DNA of 64,000 bases from an uncultured Gammaproteobacteria bacterium. Its GTDB lineage: Bacteria > Patescibacteriota > Microgenomatia > Levybacterales > UBA12049. Below, piece after piece: positions 8,045 to 17,045 of this stretch. The stretch is from contig CAZIDK010000002.1 in NCBI GenBank assembly GCA_964537895.1, forward strand, positions 18,287 through 82,286, read 5' to 3'. Each line of letters opens with the position of its first letter. Position 1 is the first letter of the stretch. The notes beneath the pieces are model-generated. The model had not been told where the DNA came from and did not search any database. It worked only from the letters and a program-made list of their open reading frames with translations. The position numbers and the translations under genes are program-made.

Positions 8045-8802
8045 ATTTTGCCTACCGTAATTAAGTATAGCGTAAATTCTTTTTGAAAACTTATATCAAG
8101 TAAGCTATCAAATTTACTATCTATAAATCCCCCTATTACGCAACTCCCTAATTTTAATTCTGTTGATAACAAGCAAATATTTTGGGCTAAATGTCCTGCC
8201 TCAAGAAGAGAATATCTGTATCCTCTGTCCCCGTACTTTATTTTAGTTCTATCCAACACGGTTGTTATTATAAATATTACTGAGGATTTTATAGTCCACA
8301 TTTCTTCTCCTAATGCTTTTATCAGCCACTTACGTAAATCCTTTTCTAATAATATCTCTAAAACATTATTTTTAACATTATAATGATATAATCCTTGCTT
8401 TATCCCTTTGCAATTTAATATTAAAGGGTAAATTTCTAAGGGGTATCTCGCTCCTGCGGATGGATAGTTTCTTTTGCTCGAATCGTAATTCTCGTTTTTA
8501 GTAAAGAAACTTATTCCTCCTGCTGTAAATAGTATTTGCGATAAATCTTTTAAATTAATTGGTTCGCCTGTATAATTTCTAATCGAGCGTCTTTTCTGAA
8601 GAATATTTGCAATGTTAGTTTTTTTGGGATTTTTCAATTTTATTTTGTTTAAGCGTGGGTATGTTTTAAAATGGATTTTTACCCATGACTCAGGATAATC
8701 AGAAAGGTTAAAATGTCCCAACGTTTTATTTTCGGTTTTTCTGTGAAATTTTTCAGAGACAGATTTTTTTTCTTGAATTAGTAATTTATTTACGTTACCC
8801 AT
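8041..8802 (-). CDS. SagB-type (McbC-like) FMN-dependent dehydrogenase, nitroreductase fold
   Basis: PSAGARYPLE...RYSLLEAGHLAQNICL...GSCVIGGF typical of TOMM dehydrogenases; 4-nt overlap with neighbours. Confidence 0.7.
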   Translation of the reverse strand: MGNVNKLLIQEKKSVSEKFHRKTENKTLGHFNLSDYPESWVKIHFKTYPRLNKIKLKNPKKTNIANILQKRRSIRNYTGEPINLKDLSQILFTAGGISFFTKNENYDSSKRNYPSAGARYPLEIYPLILNCKGIKQGLYHYNVKNNVLEILLEKDLRKWLIKALGEEMWTIKSSVIFIITTVLDRTKIKYGDRGYRYSLLEAGHLAQNICLLSTELKLGSCVIGGFIDSKFDSLLDISFQKEFTLYLITVGKI

Positions 8803-8804
8803 AA

Positions 8805-10115
8805 TTATAAAAATGGGTGTGGAACTTTATTTAAACCTGCTTCGTTTTTCTTAGTAAATCCTAGTTTAGGAGGAACATCGTATAATCTTTTACTTCCCAA
8901 AAACTTATATTTTTCATTCAGGTACAAAGGCTGCAACTCTGGAATTAAAGTTCTTATTACAAAAAATCCGGCATTTTTTATTACTTTTGGCGTTATGTCT
9001 TTGTAGATTATGTTCATACCATTGTCAATCAACGATTTTAAAGTTTTCTCCAGTTTATTATCAGATTTCTTTTTCGTGTCTATTCTTATAATATTTTTAT
9101 TCTTCAGCCAAAAATTTAAATGCTCTATCATTTGTGTTGGAAACCACAATAATGCTCTTTGTTCAATGTTCTCTATTTTTATGACTTTTTTAGATTTAGG
9201 ATTTATATAGAAAGATTTATCTCTTATCCAAGATCTTGTCATTAAAGATTCCTCGATTGCTCCTATTATACAATTCTTTGTTTCCCATCCGGCTTTAAGT
9301 CCTAATGAAATAGCTGGGCCTAATCCAGTTTTATCAATAACGAGTGCTCCAAACACCGGAATTCCAATATCCATTGTTAAATCCAAAACAAAAACCTCTA
9401 ACTTATATCGTCCTAAAATATCTAATATTTTATCAATCTTAGTATCGTTTAATGATTTTAGATCTATTCTTGGAGAAGGAAGCTTATTAAGATAACTTAT
9501 CACAAAAGCATCTCTTTCAATCGCTTCACATAGGGCTCTATAGAGAGCTTCATCAAAAGTAAGACCAAACGCTGTGCCAGTTGAATTAATAGGCATTATT
9601 TCAGGTTCCCCATCGATTAAAGAGTGATTAAATGATATTAGCTGAGAAGGAATAAGTATCTTCTTGTTTTTATTTAGAAATACAGCTTCACTCCACGAGA
9701 ATTTGGAGCTATTTCTGATTACAAATTTACTATTTTCTCTCTGTTTCAACTGTCTTACGGAAAATGGGGATATTCTTAGTGGCTTTAAATATTGTCCTAG
9801 TTTACTTATTTCTGTAATTGAACCTTTTGCTACGATTTTAGGTTTATAAATATCTAGAGAATATCTTTCGAGCGCTTCTCCCAAGACTTTTACTAAAGCT
9901 AATTTTTTATCAAAAGAGAATCCACTTGCAATATTAAGATTATCTTTACGCTTACTCTTATATTTTATTCCGTAGTTAAATATCTTGGGCTCATCATTAT
10001 ATTGGGGATCTCTATAAATTCCATTTACTATTATGTTTTCTTTTAAAACAAAATCTGCAATTTTGTCTAAAACAGAACACAATCCATTATTGACTAGTAT
10101 ATTTTTACTACTCAT
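8805..10115 (-). CDS. YcaO-domain cyclodehydratase (SagD-like)
   Basis: GEALERYS N-motif, STGTAFGLTFDEALYRALCEAIERDAF ATP-binding/YcaO signature, Pro-rich C-terminus VPHPFL. Confidence 0.8.
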   Translation of the reverse strand: MSSKNILVNNGLCSVLDKIADFVLKENIIVNGIYRDPQYNDEPKIFNYGIKYKSKRKDNLNIASGFSFDKKLALVKVLGEALERYSLDIYKPKIVAKGSITEISKLGQYLKPLRISPFSVRQLKQRENSKFVIRNSSKFSWSEAVFLNKNKKILIPSQLISFNHSLIDGEPEIMPINSTGTAFGLTFDEALYRALCEAIERDAFVISYLNKLPSPRIDLKSLNDTKIDKILDILGRYKLEVFVLDLTMDIGIPVFGALVIDKTGLGPAISLGLKAGWETKNCIIGAIEESLMTRSWIRDKSFYINPKSKKVIKIENIEQRALLWFPTQMIEHLNFWLKNKNIIRIDTKKKSDNKLEKTLKSLIDNGMNIIYKDITPKVIKNAGFFVIRTLIPELQPLYLNEKYKFLGSKRLYDVPPKLGFTKKNEAGLNKVPHPFL

Positions 10116-10145
10116 TTTGATTTTAATATATTTTCCTCTCCCAGT

Positions 10146-10346
10146 TTATTTTCCTTCAGCAACCCCACAACGTGGTTGAGGAGGTTGAGGAGCACACTTT
10201 GGTGCTGGTCCTCTGCATGGCGCATTTATACATGGGCCTCCTCCGCTGTCTATCTGATCTTGGCCTAGGATAGAAAATTCTTTAGCATCGTTAATCGCAG
10301 CCTCTGTTACTGCTTGAGGCAAAGATATTTCTTGTCTTGCTGGCAT
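10146..10346 (-). CDS. RiPP precursor peptide (leader plus Cys/Pro-rich core), TOMM/LAP-type
   Basis: 66 aa from the ATG with SD GGAGGTG 6 nt upstream (ORF track starts 9 nt earlier at GTG). Leader ...FSILGQDQIDSGGG then core PCINAPCRGPAPKCAPQPPQPRCGVAEGK (4 Cys), immediately upstream of YcaO. Confidence 0.7.
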   Translation of the reverse strand: MPARQEISLPQAVTEAAINDAKEFSILGQDQIDSGGGPCINAPCRGPAPKCAPQPPQPRCGVAEGK

Positions 10347-10389
10347 TTCTATCACCTCCCTTCTTTAAAACTGTTTATTTAATAACACC

Positions 10390-10418
10390 TTGTATCATGA
10401 ATGTCAAACATCTCGTGC
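10390..10418 (-). promoter_or_regulatory. sigma70-like promoter for the precursor/YcaO operon
   Basis: Minus strand TTGACA-N17-TATTAA about 45 nt upstream of the precursor start. Confidence 0.4.
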
Positions 10419-10614
10419 CGGATCAACGATAATACCTTAAAGAAATTTTTTTGAACATACCAGACGCGCTGGATATAAACAGGTTCGAGTCCTGCAATGG
10501 TAGATAAAATTAGCCTCAAGATTTTAGAAGATTATTTTTTAGCTCGAACCTAAGTTTGCTTAATTTAGATTGCTATACCAATCTAAATGTTGATTATTAA
10601 AAAATGTCTTCTAC

Positions 10615-10704
10615 TGGTGCCGAGGACAGGACTTGAACCTGCACGCCTTTTTAAAGGGCACAAGAACCTCAATCTTGCGTGTATACCAGTTTCACCACCT
10701 CGGC
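10615..10704 (-). tRNA. tRNA-Leu (anticodon GAG), encoded CCA
   Basis: Acceptor GCCGAGG/CCTCGGC, anticodon stem CAAGA/TCTTG with loop TTGAGGT, long variable arm, T-loop TTCAAGT, CCA at 10615-10617. Confidence 0.75.
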
Positions 10705-10711
10705 ATAATTT

Positions 10712-10774
10712 CTGCGTGCTTGCCCCGTAGGAGCCGCAGGCTTCCTTCGGGGTATACCATTTCACCACATCCGC
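10712..10774 (-). pseudogene. decayed copy of tRNA-Leu 5' half (acceptor plus D-arm) followed by a 12-bp hairpin
   Basis: GCGGATGTGGTGAAATGGTATACC about 85% identical to the 5' part of the adjacent tRNA-Leu(GAG); then CCCCGAAGGAAGCCTGCGGCTCCTACGGGG hairpin. No anticodon or T arm. Confidence 0.45.
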
Positions 10775-10871
10775 ATATTAGCTTATAGCTAATTGCTTAT
10801 AGCTAATAGTCTGGAAATTATATCAAAATTAGCTTCCATATGCTATCTGCCATTTGCTATTAGCCAGCCTG

Positions 10872-10955
10872 TGCCCGGGGGGAGATTCGAACTCCCAATC
10901 CCTTGCGGGAACAGCGTTCTGAACGCTGCGCGTCTGCCGGTTTCGCCACCCAGGC
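10872..10955 (-). tRNA. tRNA-Leu (anticodon CAG)
   Basis: Acceptor GCCTGGG/CCCGGGC, anticodon stem CAGCG/CGCTG with loop TTCAGAA, variable arm CCCGCAAGGG, T-loop TTCGAAT. Confidence 0.75.
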
Positions 10956-10973
10956 GTACGATAATTATACCAT

Positions 10974-12095
10974 TTACGCGTCTATTCCTATAGCTTCGCT
11001 TATATGTTTAAAACCGTCTTTTTTCAAACTTTCATTTAATTCACGATTTATTTGGGCAGCCAACTGCGGCCCTTCAAAAACAAGCCCTGTTATAAATTGC
11101 ACTAGGCTTGCCCCGAGTCTTATTTTTCTGTACGCGTCTTTACCGGAAAATACTCCGCCGCAGCCTATTATTATAAGTTTTTTTCCGTATTTTTGAAAAG
11201 CTAATTTTATTAATTCGTTTGATCTTTTTTCCGTCGGTTTACCGCTAAAATTACCCATTTTGTATTTTTCAATCTCTTCTTGATCAAGACTTGGATCTTT
11301 TCGGTTTTTTTGCAAATTGCCAAAAATAACTCCTTGCACAGGAAACGAGGCTATAATTTTAAGCATATCAAGCGCTTCCCTATCAGTTTTTTCAATGGGC
11401 ATCTTAATAAAAAGCGGTTTGCCAAGTTTTAAATCGGTTACTGCCCTTAGAAGTTCTTTTAAGTTTTCCGGCGGATAAAAAGTTATATTTCCATAAAGAT
11501 TCGGACAGCTGATATTTAGTTCGTAATAAGAAAAAGGAAGTCTTGTTTTTTCTGCTTTTTTAAAAGATTCTGTAACGTCTGCTACCGCTTCTTCCCGCGT
11601 CATTTTTTTTGTTGTATTGGTTTTGCCAAGACTTAAGCCGATTGGTATATCAAACTTTTGTTTTTTTAGTTTTTTGATTATTTTATCTATGCCTTGATTT
11701 TTAAAACCCTTATTTACAAGCAGGGATTGTGATTTTACGAGTCTTGCAAGTCTTGGCTTTGGATTGCCCTGGTAAGGTTTATTGGTAATTGTTCCTATTG
11801 TTTCAAATCCAAAGCCAATAGACGGAAGTATTTGAGTTAACTTTGCCTGATAATCAAATCCGGCAGCTAAACCAATTGGGTTTTTAAAATATATGCCGTT
11901 TATTTCTTGCGATAAGCTTTTATTTTCATAGCCAAAAAATATTTTAGTTAAACTTCTTAAGAGTTTAAATTTCCCTAAGAACTCACCAAAAACCGTAAAG
12001 GAATCGTGCATGGCCTCGGAATTAAAAAGAAAAATAATTCTGCGTAGTAGATTTTTATAAAAAAAATGAGTGAATCTTATAAATATATTTTTCAT
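10974..12095 (-). CDS. pyrD: dihydroorotate dehydrogenase (quinone), class 2
   Basis: NPIGLAAGFD, ISCPN, IIGCGGV motifs; true start may be an internal Met. Confidence 0.8.
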   Translation of the reverse strand: MKNIFIRFTHFFYKNLLRRIIFLFNSEAMHDSFTVFGEFLGKFKLLRSLTKIFFGYENKSLSQEINGIYFKNPIGLAAGFDYQAKLTQILPSIGFGFETIGTITNKPYQGNPKPRLARLVKSQSLLVNKGFKNQGIDKIIKKLKKQKFDIPIGLSLGKTNTTKKMTREEAVADVTESFKKAEKTRLPFSYYELNISCPNLYGNITFYPPENLKELLRAVTDLKLGKPLFIKMPIEKTDREALDMLKIIASFPVQGVIFGNLQKNRKDPSLDQEEIEKYKMGNFSGKPTEKRSNELIKLAFQKYGKKLIIIGCGGVFSGKDAYRKIRLGASLVQFITGLVFEGPQLAAQINRELNESLKKDGFKHISEAIGIDA

Positions 12096-12192
12096 TATTT
12101 TCTTTGCAATTTTACCACCATTTAGATACTTATAACAGATGCTTAATAAAAATTTTAGTAAAGAGGTTAAAATATATCAATTTAAATTAAAT

Positions 12193-12528
12193 TCAATAAC
12201 CCAGATTTTGATACTGGTTGAGTGGCGGGTTTATCCCGGAAGTTATACTTGTTATTTTATTCATAAAAAGCCAAAGCGTAACAATAGTTGAAATAATGGT
12301 TAATATTATTGCAATAATGCCCACAGTTTTTGTTTTTTCGTCTTTTTGAAAAATATATTTTATTCCGGGCCAAAGACCTAAAGGCGGCAGAAGAATGCTT
12401 AGTGCGTAAATGCTAACTTGCTTTGCAATAGTAATAGGGGGTTCATGTATTTTTTTGCCGCAGGTTGGACAAAAGAAAAAGCTATCCGAAACAGGAGAAT
12501 TACAAAAGCGGCAAAGTTGGTTATCCAT
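12193..12528 (-). CDS. zinc-ribbon membrane protein
   Basis: CRFCNSP...CPTCGKK followed by two TM helices. Confidence 0.45.
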   Translation of the reverse strand: MDNQLCRFCNSPVSDSFFFCPTCGKKIHEPPITIAKQVSIYALSILLPPLGLWPGIKYIFQKDEKTKTVGIIAIILTIISTIVTLWLFMNKITSITSGINPPLNQYQNLGY

Positions 12529-12638
12529 TAGTTAAAGCATCTCACAGCAGAGGAATTTCGTCAAATGATTCTTGCTTAGTCAAGAATCTGGTATCTTTTA
12601 TCCTAAACAACATAAAGTCAATAAGGCCATAGGGTTTA

Positions 12639-13769
12639 TTATAGCTTTTCCGGGTTTACCCTAAGTATCTTATCATCATCGCTTTTTGGTACTCCCCTGC
12701 CGTCTCTATTGCTTGTTAAAATATAAAACATGTTATTAGGATCTATTACAACAGTCCTTAGTCTTCCGAATTCTCCTTTAAAATACTCTGTTAAATTATC
12801 ATTTCCTTTAAGCCTAAACAAAGCGTTACCCTTAAGCCCTGTAAAAAATAAGGAGTCATTGTAGAAGACTGCTCCTCCCGGAGCCCAAGTGACATTTCCG
12901 CTTTGAATTACAGGAGAAACCATATTAAGTCTTGATTTATTTCCAATAATCTCAGGCCATCCGTAGTTTTTTCCAATCTCAATTAGATTTACTTCATCAG
13001 TTGCATTATCGCCATGTTCTGTTTCCCAAAGCTTATTTTGACTATCCCAAGCAAGTCCCTGAGGGTTTCTGTGGCCATAGGAATAAACAAGGTTCTTAAA
13101 AGGATTTCCGGGCGCAGCATTTCCTTCGCTGGTAACACGCAGTATTTTACCAGCTAGTGAATTTTTGTCTTGTGCTAAAGACGGTTTTTGCGCATCCCCT
13201 GTAGTTATGTATAAAAACGAATCAGGACCAAACTTAAGTCTGCCGCCATTGTGGAAAGTTGAGCCGGGGATATTATCTACGATTATTTTTCTATCGATTA
13301 ATTTTTCGTTGGTATATTTATATCTCACCACTCTATTTAAAGTATTATTCTCTGAATTTGCGTAAGTATAATAAAGGTAAACGTAATTATTATTTGTAAA
13401 ACTAGGATGAAGAGTAATTCCTAATAGTCCGCCTTCCCCAATAGTTTTAACATCTGATATTTGCAAAATCGGAGTTTCTCTTAAATTGCCGCTTGCATCA
13501 ATTAACCTTACTCTGCCTAAGCGTTCTGTGAATAAAGCGCTTTTGTCGGGTAAGAATACTAAATCCCAGGGAATTTCCAGGTTTTGAGCAAAAATTGCAA
13601 CTCGTGGTATTTCCTTTGCAGTTTCACTTTTATTTTCAAACTGTGTTACCCTTGGAATATTAGTATGTTCAGATTTTTTAGAAAAAGGTGAAGATAAATA
13701 ATAGGCGCTTACCAAAACAACGAGCAAAGCTAGTACGAAAAGCAACCTGTAATTAGTCTTGTCTTTCAT
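12639..13769 (-). CDS. soluble PQQ-dependent glucose/sorbosone dehydrogenase family (beta-propeller), secreted
   Basis: Signal/TM anchor; PQGLAWDSQNKLW...GWPE motifs typical of the GSDH family. Confidence 0.6.
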   Translation of the reverse strand: MKDKTNYRLLFVLALLVVLVSAYYLSSPFSKKSEHTNIPRVTQFENKSETAKEIPRVAIFAQNLEIPWDLVFLPDKSALFTERLGRVRLIDASGNLRETPILQISDVKTIGEGGLLGITLHPSFTNNNYVYLYYTYANSENNTLNRVVRYKYTNEKLIDRKIIVDNIPGSTFHNGGRLKFGPDSFLYITTGDAQKPSLAQDKNSLAGKILRVTSEGNAAPGNPFKNLVYSYGHRNPQGLAWDSQNKLWETEHGDNATDEVNLIEIGKNYGWPEIIGNKSRLNMVSPVIQSGNVTWAPGGAVFYNDSLFFTGLKGNALFRLKGNDNLTEYFKGEFGRLRTVVIDPNNMFYILTSNRDGRGVPKSDDDKILRVNPEKL

Positions 13770-13852
13770 ATTCCTTATTGTACCAAAAATACTTTCATAC
13801 TAAGCTTTGTTTTTCTAGTATAATAAAAAAAATCACTGTTTTTACTTAAAAT

Positions 13853-14836
13853 ATGTACGAAATAAGATATTACTCTAAAACACGCAGGAATTCGGTTTTA
13901 CGAAGAAGAAGAAGGACCAAAGCGTTATTTATTACCCTTGCGTTTTTGCCAATTCTTCTTTTTTTAGTATACAAGTTTTTATCCCCAACCACAGAAAGCG
14001 TCGCAGGAATTATTAGTCCGCTAGCAAAGGACGTAATAGAGAAAGGACTTTCCATTATTAACCCGGATGTAAATAGCAAAGCGTTGGAAGAAATTGTTCA
14101 AAGTCAGTTAAAAGAAACAAAAGGAATATATGCGGTTTATATTAAAAACCTAAATACAAGGGAAAGATATTATTTTAACGAACAAAAAAAATTTGACACG
14201 GCAAGTATCTATAAACTTTATGTTTTAGCAACTGCGTTTAGTCAAATACAAAAAGGAAAATTTAGCGAAAGCGATGTTTTAAGTCAGGATATTGCAGTGC
14301 TAAACGAAAAATTTAATATCGCAACTGAATCTGCCGAACTAACAGAGGGAAGACTTACTCTTCCTGTCCGAGTAGTAATGGAAAGAATGATTGCAATTTC
14401 CGATAATTATTCTGCTCTTTTACTTTCTGAAAAAGTAAGAATCGCGAATATCAATTCCTTTTTACAAGAAAATTCCTTTTCTCAGACAAAAATGGGAGGA
14501 ATTAACACAAGTCCCGTAACTTCAGCTTACGATACCGGTTTATTTTTTGAAAAACTTTACAAAGGGAAACTTGCCAATCAAATTTATACCGACAGAATGC
14601 TAAATTTGCTTAAAAATCAAAAAAAGAATACCAAGTTTTCTAAATATCTTCCTCAAGATACGGTTATTGCCCACAAAACAGGAGAATTGGGCGATATTTC
14701 CCACGACGCGGGCATTGTATATACAGCTAAAGGAGATTATATTATTGTTATTTTATCGCAAACAGCATCGTCATTGTCTGCCGATGAGAAAATAGCTGAC
14801 ATATCAAAAGCGGTTTATAATTATTTTATAAATTAG
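13853..14836 (+). CDS. class A beta-lactamase-like / penicillin-binding fold protein
   Basis: SIYK (SxxK), ISDN (SDN) and HKTG (KTG) motifs at the expected spacing. Confidence 0.65.
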   Translation: MYEIRYYSKTRRNSVLRRRRRTKALFITLAFLPILLFLVYKFLSPTTESVAGIISPLAKDVIEKGLSIINPDVNSKALEEIVQSQLKETKGIYAVYIKNLNTRERYYFNEQKKFDTASIYKLYVLATAFSQIQKGKFSESDVLSQDIAVLNEKFNIATESAELTEGRLTLPVRVVMERMIAISDNYSALLLSEKVRIANINSFLQENSFSQTKMGGINTSPVTSAYDTGLFFEKLYKGKLANQIYTDRMLNLLKNQKKNTKFSKYLPQDTVIAHKTGELGDISHDAGIVYTAKGDYIIVILSQTASSLSADEKIADISKAVYNYFIN

Positions 14837-14891
14837 TTAATCTTACTTTGTGTCTATTTTAGAAGCAGGATATTTGGTAAAATAAATCTCT

Positions 14892-15830
14892 ATGGAAATT
14901 ATTTTCTTACTTCTTACAATTTTAGGTTTGTCCTTATTTGAAGTTATTACAAGTATTGACAATGCAATTATTAATGCTGAAGTATTGTCAAAAATGAGCG
15001 CAAAAGCCCGTAAATGGTTTCTTTTGTGGGGATTTTTGTTTGCGGTTGTTGTAGTCAGAGGCGTACTCCCTTTTCTTATAGTTTTTATTGCAAATCCAAG
15101 CATTGGACCAATAGGTGTTATTACTGCAACTTTTTCCAGCGACCCAAGCGTAATTGAAGCAATTGAAAAATCCTCTCCCATTCTTCTTTTAGGAGGAGGG
15201 GTTTTTCTTGTATTCTTGTTTTTTAACTGGCTATTTTTAGAGCCCAAGAATTTTGGACTGCGGGGAGAAAAGTTTTTTAATGCGCAGGGCGCGTGGTTTT
15301 TTGCAATAGTTTCAGTTCTTTTAACAACAATAGTTTGGTTTGCCCTAGAAAAAGATCCTTTGCTTGCTTTTGCCGCGGTTGTTGGTTCAACTGCTTTTTT
15401 TATAATTCATGGATTTAGACAATTTGCCGAGCAGCAAGAACAAAAAATCATGGGTAGCGGAAGGTCTGAGATAAGTATGATTGCCTATCTCGAAGTTTTA
15501 GATGCAACTTTTTCAATAGACGGTGTTATTGGCGCTTTTGCTTTTACTTTCTCGGTTCCTTTAATATTGCTCGGAAACGGACTTGGCGCATTTGTGCTTC
15601 GTAAATTAACAATAAGTAATATAGAAAGAATTAAAAAATATAAATACCTTAAAAATGGAGCAATGTATTCAATATTATTTTTAGGGACAATTATGATTTT
15701 AGATGGTTTTGGTTTTCATATTCCTCCATGGGTATCTCCTATTATTACATTTGCAACTGTTGGATATTTCTTCTATAAATCCAGGTTAGATTTAAAAACA
15801 ATCGAAGGAGCACTGGAACCTACGAAATAA
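14892..15830 (+). CDS. DUF475/TerC-like integral membrane protein
   Basis: Multi-pass membrane protein with the ITSIDNAIINAEVL motif characteristic of TerC/DUF475. Confidence 0.5.
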   Translation: MEIIFLLLTILGLSLFEVITSIDNAIINAEVLSKMSAKARKWFLLWGFLFAVVVVRGVLPFLIVFIANPSIGPIGVITATFSSDPSVIEAIEKSSPILLLGGGVFLVFLFFNWLFLEPKNFGLRGEKFFNAQGAWFFAIVSVLLTTIVWFALEKDPLLAFAAVVGSTAFFIIHGFRQFAEQQEQKIMGSGRSEISMIAYLEVLDATFSIDGVIGAFAFTFSVPLILLGNGLGAFVLRKLTISNIERIKKYKYLKNGAMYSILFLGTIMILDGFGFHIPPWVSPIITFATVGYFFYKSRLDLKTIEGALEPTK

Positions 15831-15890
15831 AACTCTTATGTCTTTAAAAAGGTCAGGGTATTAAAGTTAAAAATGTCCGGAAAACGCAAG

Positions 15891-16778
15891 TTATCTTGAT
15901 AACCTTTGCTTTATTAGCTCCGGAATGCTTTGCCTTCGGCAAAGATAATTAAGCGCCTTTATGTCGGCAGGAGAAAGATTTACTACCTGATTGGTTCTCC
16001 AGTACATAACAGCATTTTCATCCGGTAAGTGCGAAAGTCCCAATGAGTGTCCTAATTCGTGCATGATTGTGCGTACCAATTCCTCTTTGGAATTGTTAAA
16101 GTAAATATCAATTCTGTTTAGCGTTGGATCATAAAGCCCCTCCTCCGGTTTAACCGAAAGAACTGACTTAAAATTATCAATAGCTTGATTAAGATTGGTT
16201 ACCTCGGAATTGTATAAATCAGTCGATTGGTTTAAGTTTTTGGCAATAGTATTTAGCTTTTCCGCTTCTTTTTCTAAATCCTGTTGTTCCTTTGTGAACT
16301 TTTCGTATTCCTCAAAAGTAACACCCCCTCGTGCGTTTAGCTCGACAATTCGTTCATTCAGGTTCTTTACCCCTTGCTGAAATTTTATAACTCTTGCTTT
16401 GTAATCGGCGATCTTAGCCTTAAGAGTCTGATCTTCTCCTTTTATATTTACTTCAAGTTCATTCACCTGGTCTCTAACTTTTTGACGATTATCATAGATA
16501 AGGTTTACGCTCAATGCCTTCGGAGAATTACTGTAGGAAAGCAGCTTCTTTCCCCACACTAGATTCCAAGCTGCGGCCGAGTTTTGGACGTCATTTAAAA
16601 AATCCTGCTCCGGAACGTTGAAGCGGGGATCAACCGTACCAATGCGATAGTAAACAGGCTTATCGCAATCAGAATAAGTAAAGTATTTATCAGCAAAACC
16701 GGAAAGAAGCGGGCTTACAACGTAAAGGGCAATTATTCCGATTAGAAAAACCGAAAAAACTTGAAAAAATTTCTTCAT
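15891..16778 (-). CDS. secreted zinc metalloprotease (matrixin/M10-like) with coiled-coil segment
   Basis: HELGHSLGLSH (HExxHxxGxxH) near C-terminus; N-terminal TM anchor. Confidence 0.65.
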   Translation of the reverse strand: MKKFFQVFSVFLIGIIALYVVSPLLSGFADKYFTYSDCDKPVYYRIGTVDPRFNVPEQDFLNDVQNSAAAWNLVWGKKLLSYSNSPKALSVNLIYDNRQKVRDQVNELEVNIKGEDQTLKAKIADYKARVIKFQQGVKNLNERIVELNARGGVTFEEYEKFTKEQQDLEKEAEKLNTIAKNLNQSTDLYNSEVTNLNQAIDNFKSVLSVKPEEGLYDPTLNRIDIYFNNSKEELVRTIMHELGHSLGLSHLPDENAVMYWRTNQVVNLSPADIKALNYLCRRQSIPELIKQRLSR

Positions 16779-17045
16779 TAAGGTTTATTGTAAAAAAACT
16801 TTACACTTAACGCAAGACAGGAGAATAGAACTGCCTATCGCATGAGGCGACTACCCTCGTAATTACGGCTGGCAATAGTGCAGGATTTCCGAACAGCGAA
16901 CTGGCCGGAAATAGTACCCTATCCAGAGCTAGTATATCAAAAATCAATGCAGTATTTACAATTATCCTAACTAGAAATAGATAATTCTTTTCGTTTTTTA
17001 TGAAACGTTATTGACAACCTTTCTTATAAGTGTCATATTTTTGTT

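Noticed and set aside
10712-10760. SRP-RNA-like GGAAGG/AAGCC hairpin
   Set aside because: It forms a simple 12-bp hairpin lacking the conserved domain IV internal loops and GNRA tetraloop of 4.5S RNA. It is more likely a structural remnant attached to the tRNA half-copy.
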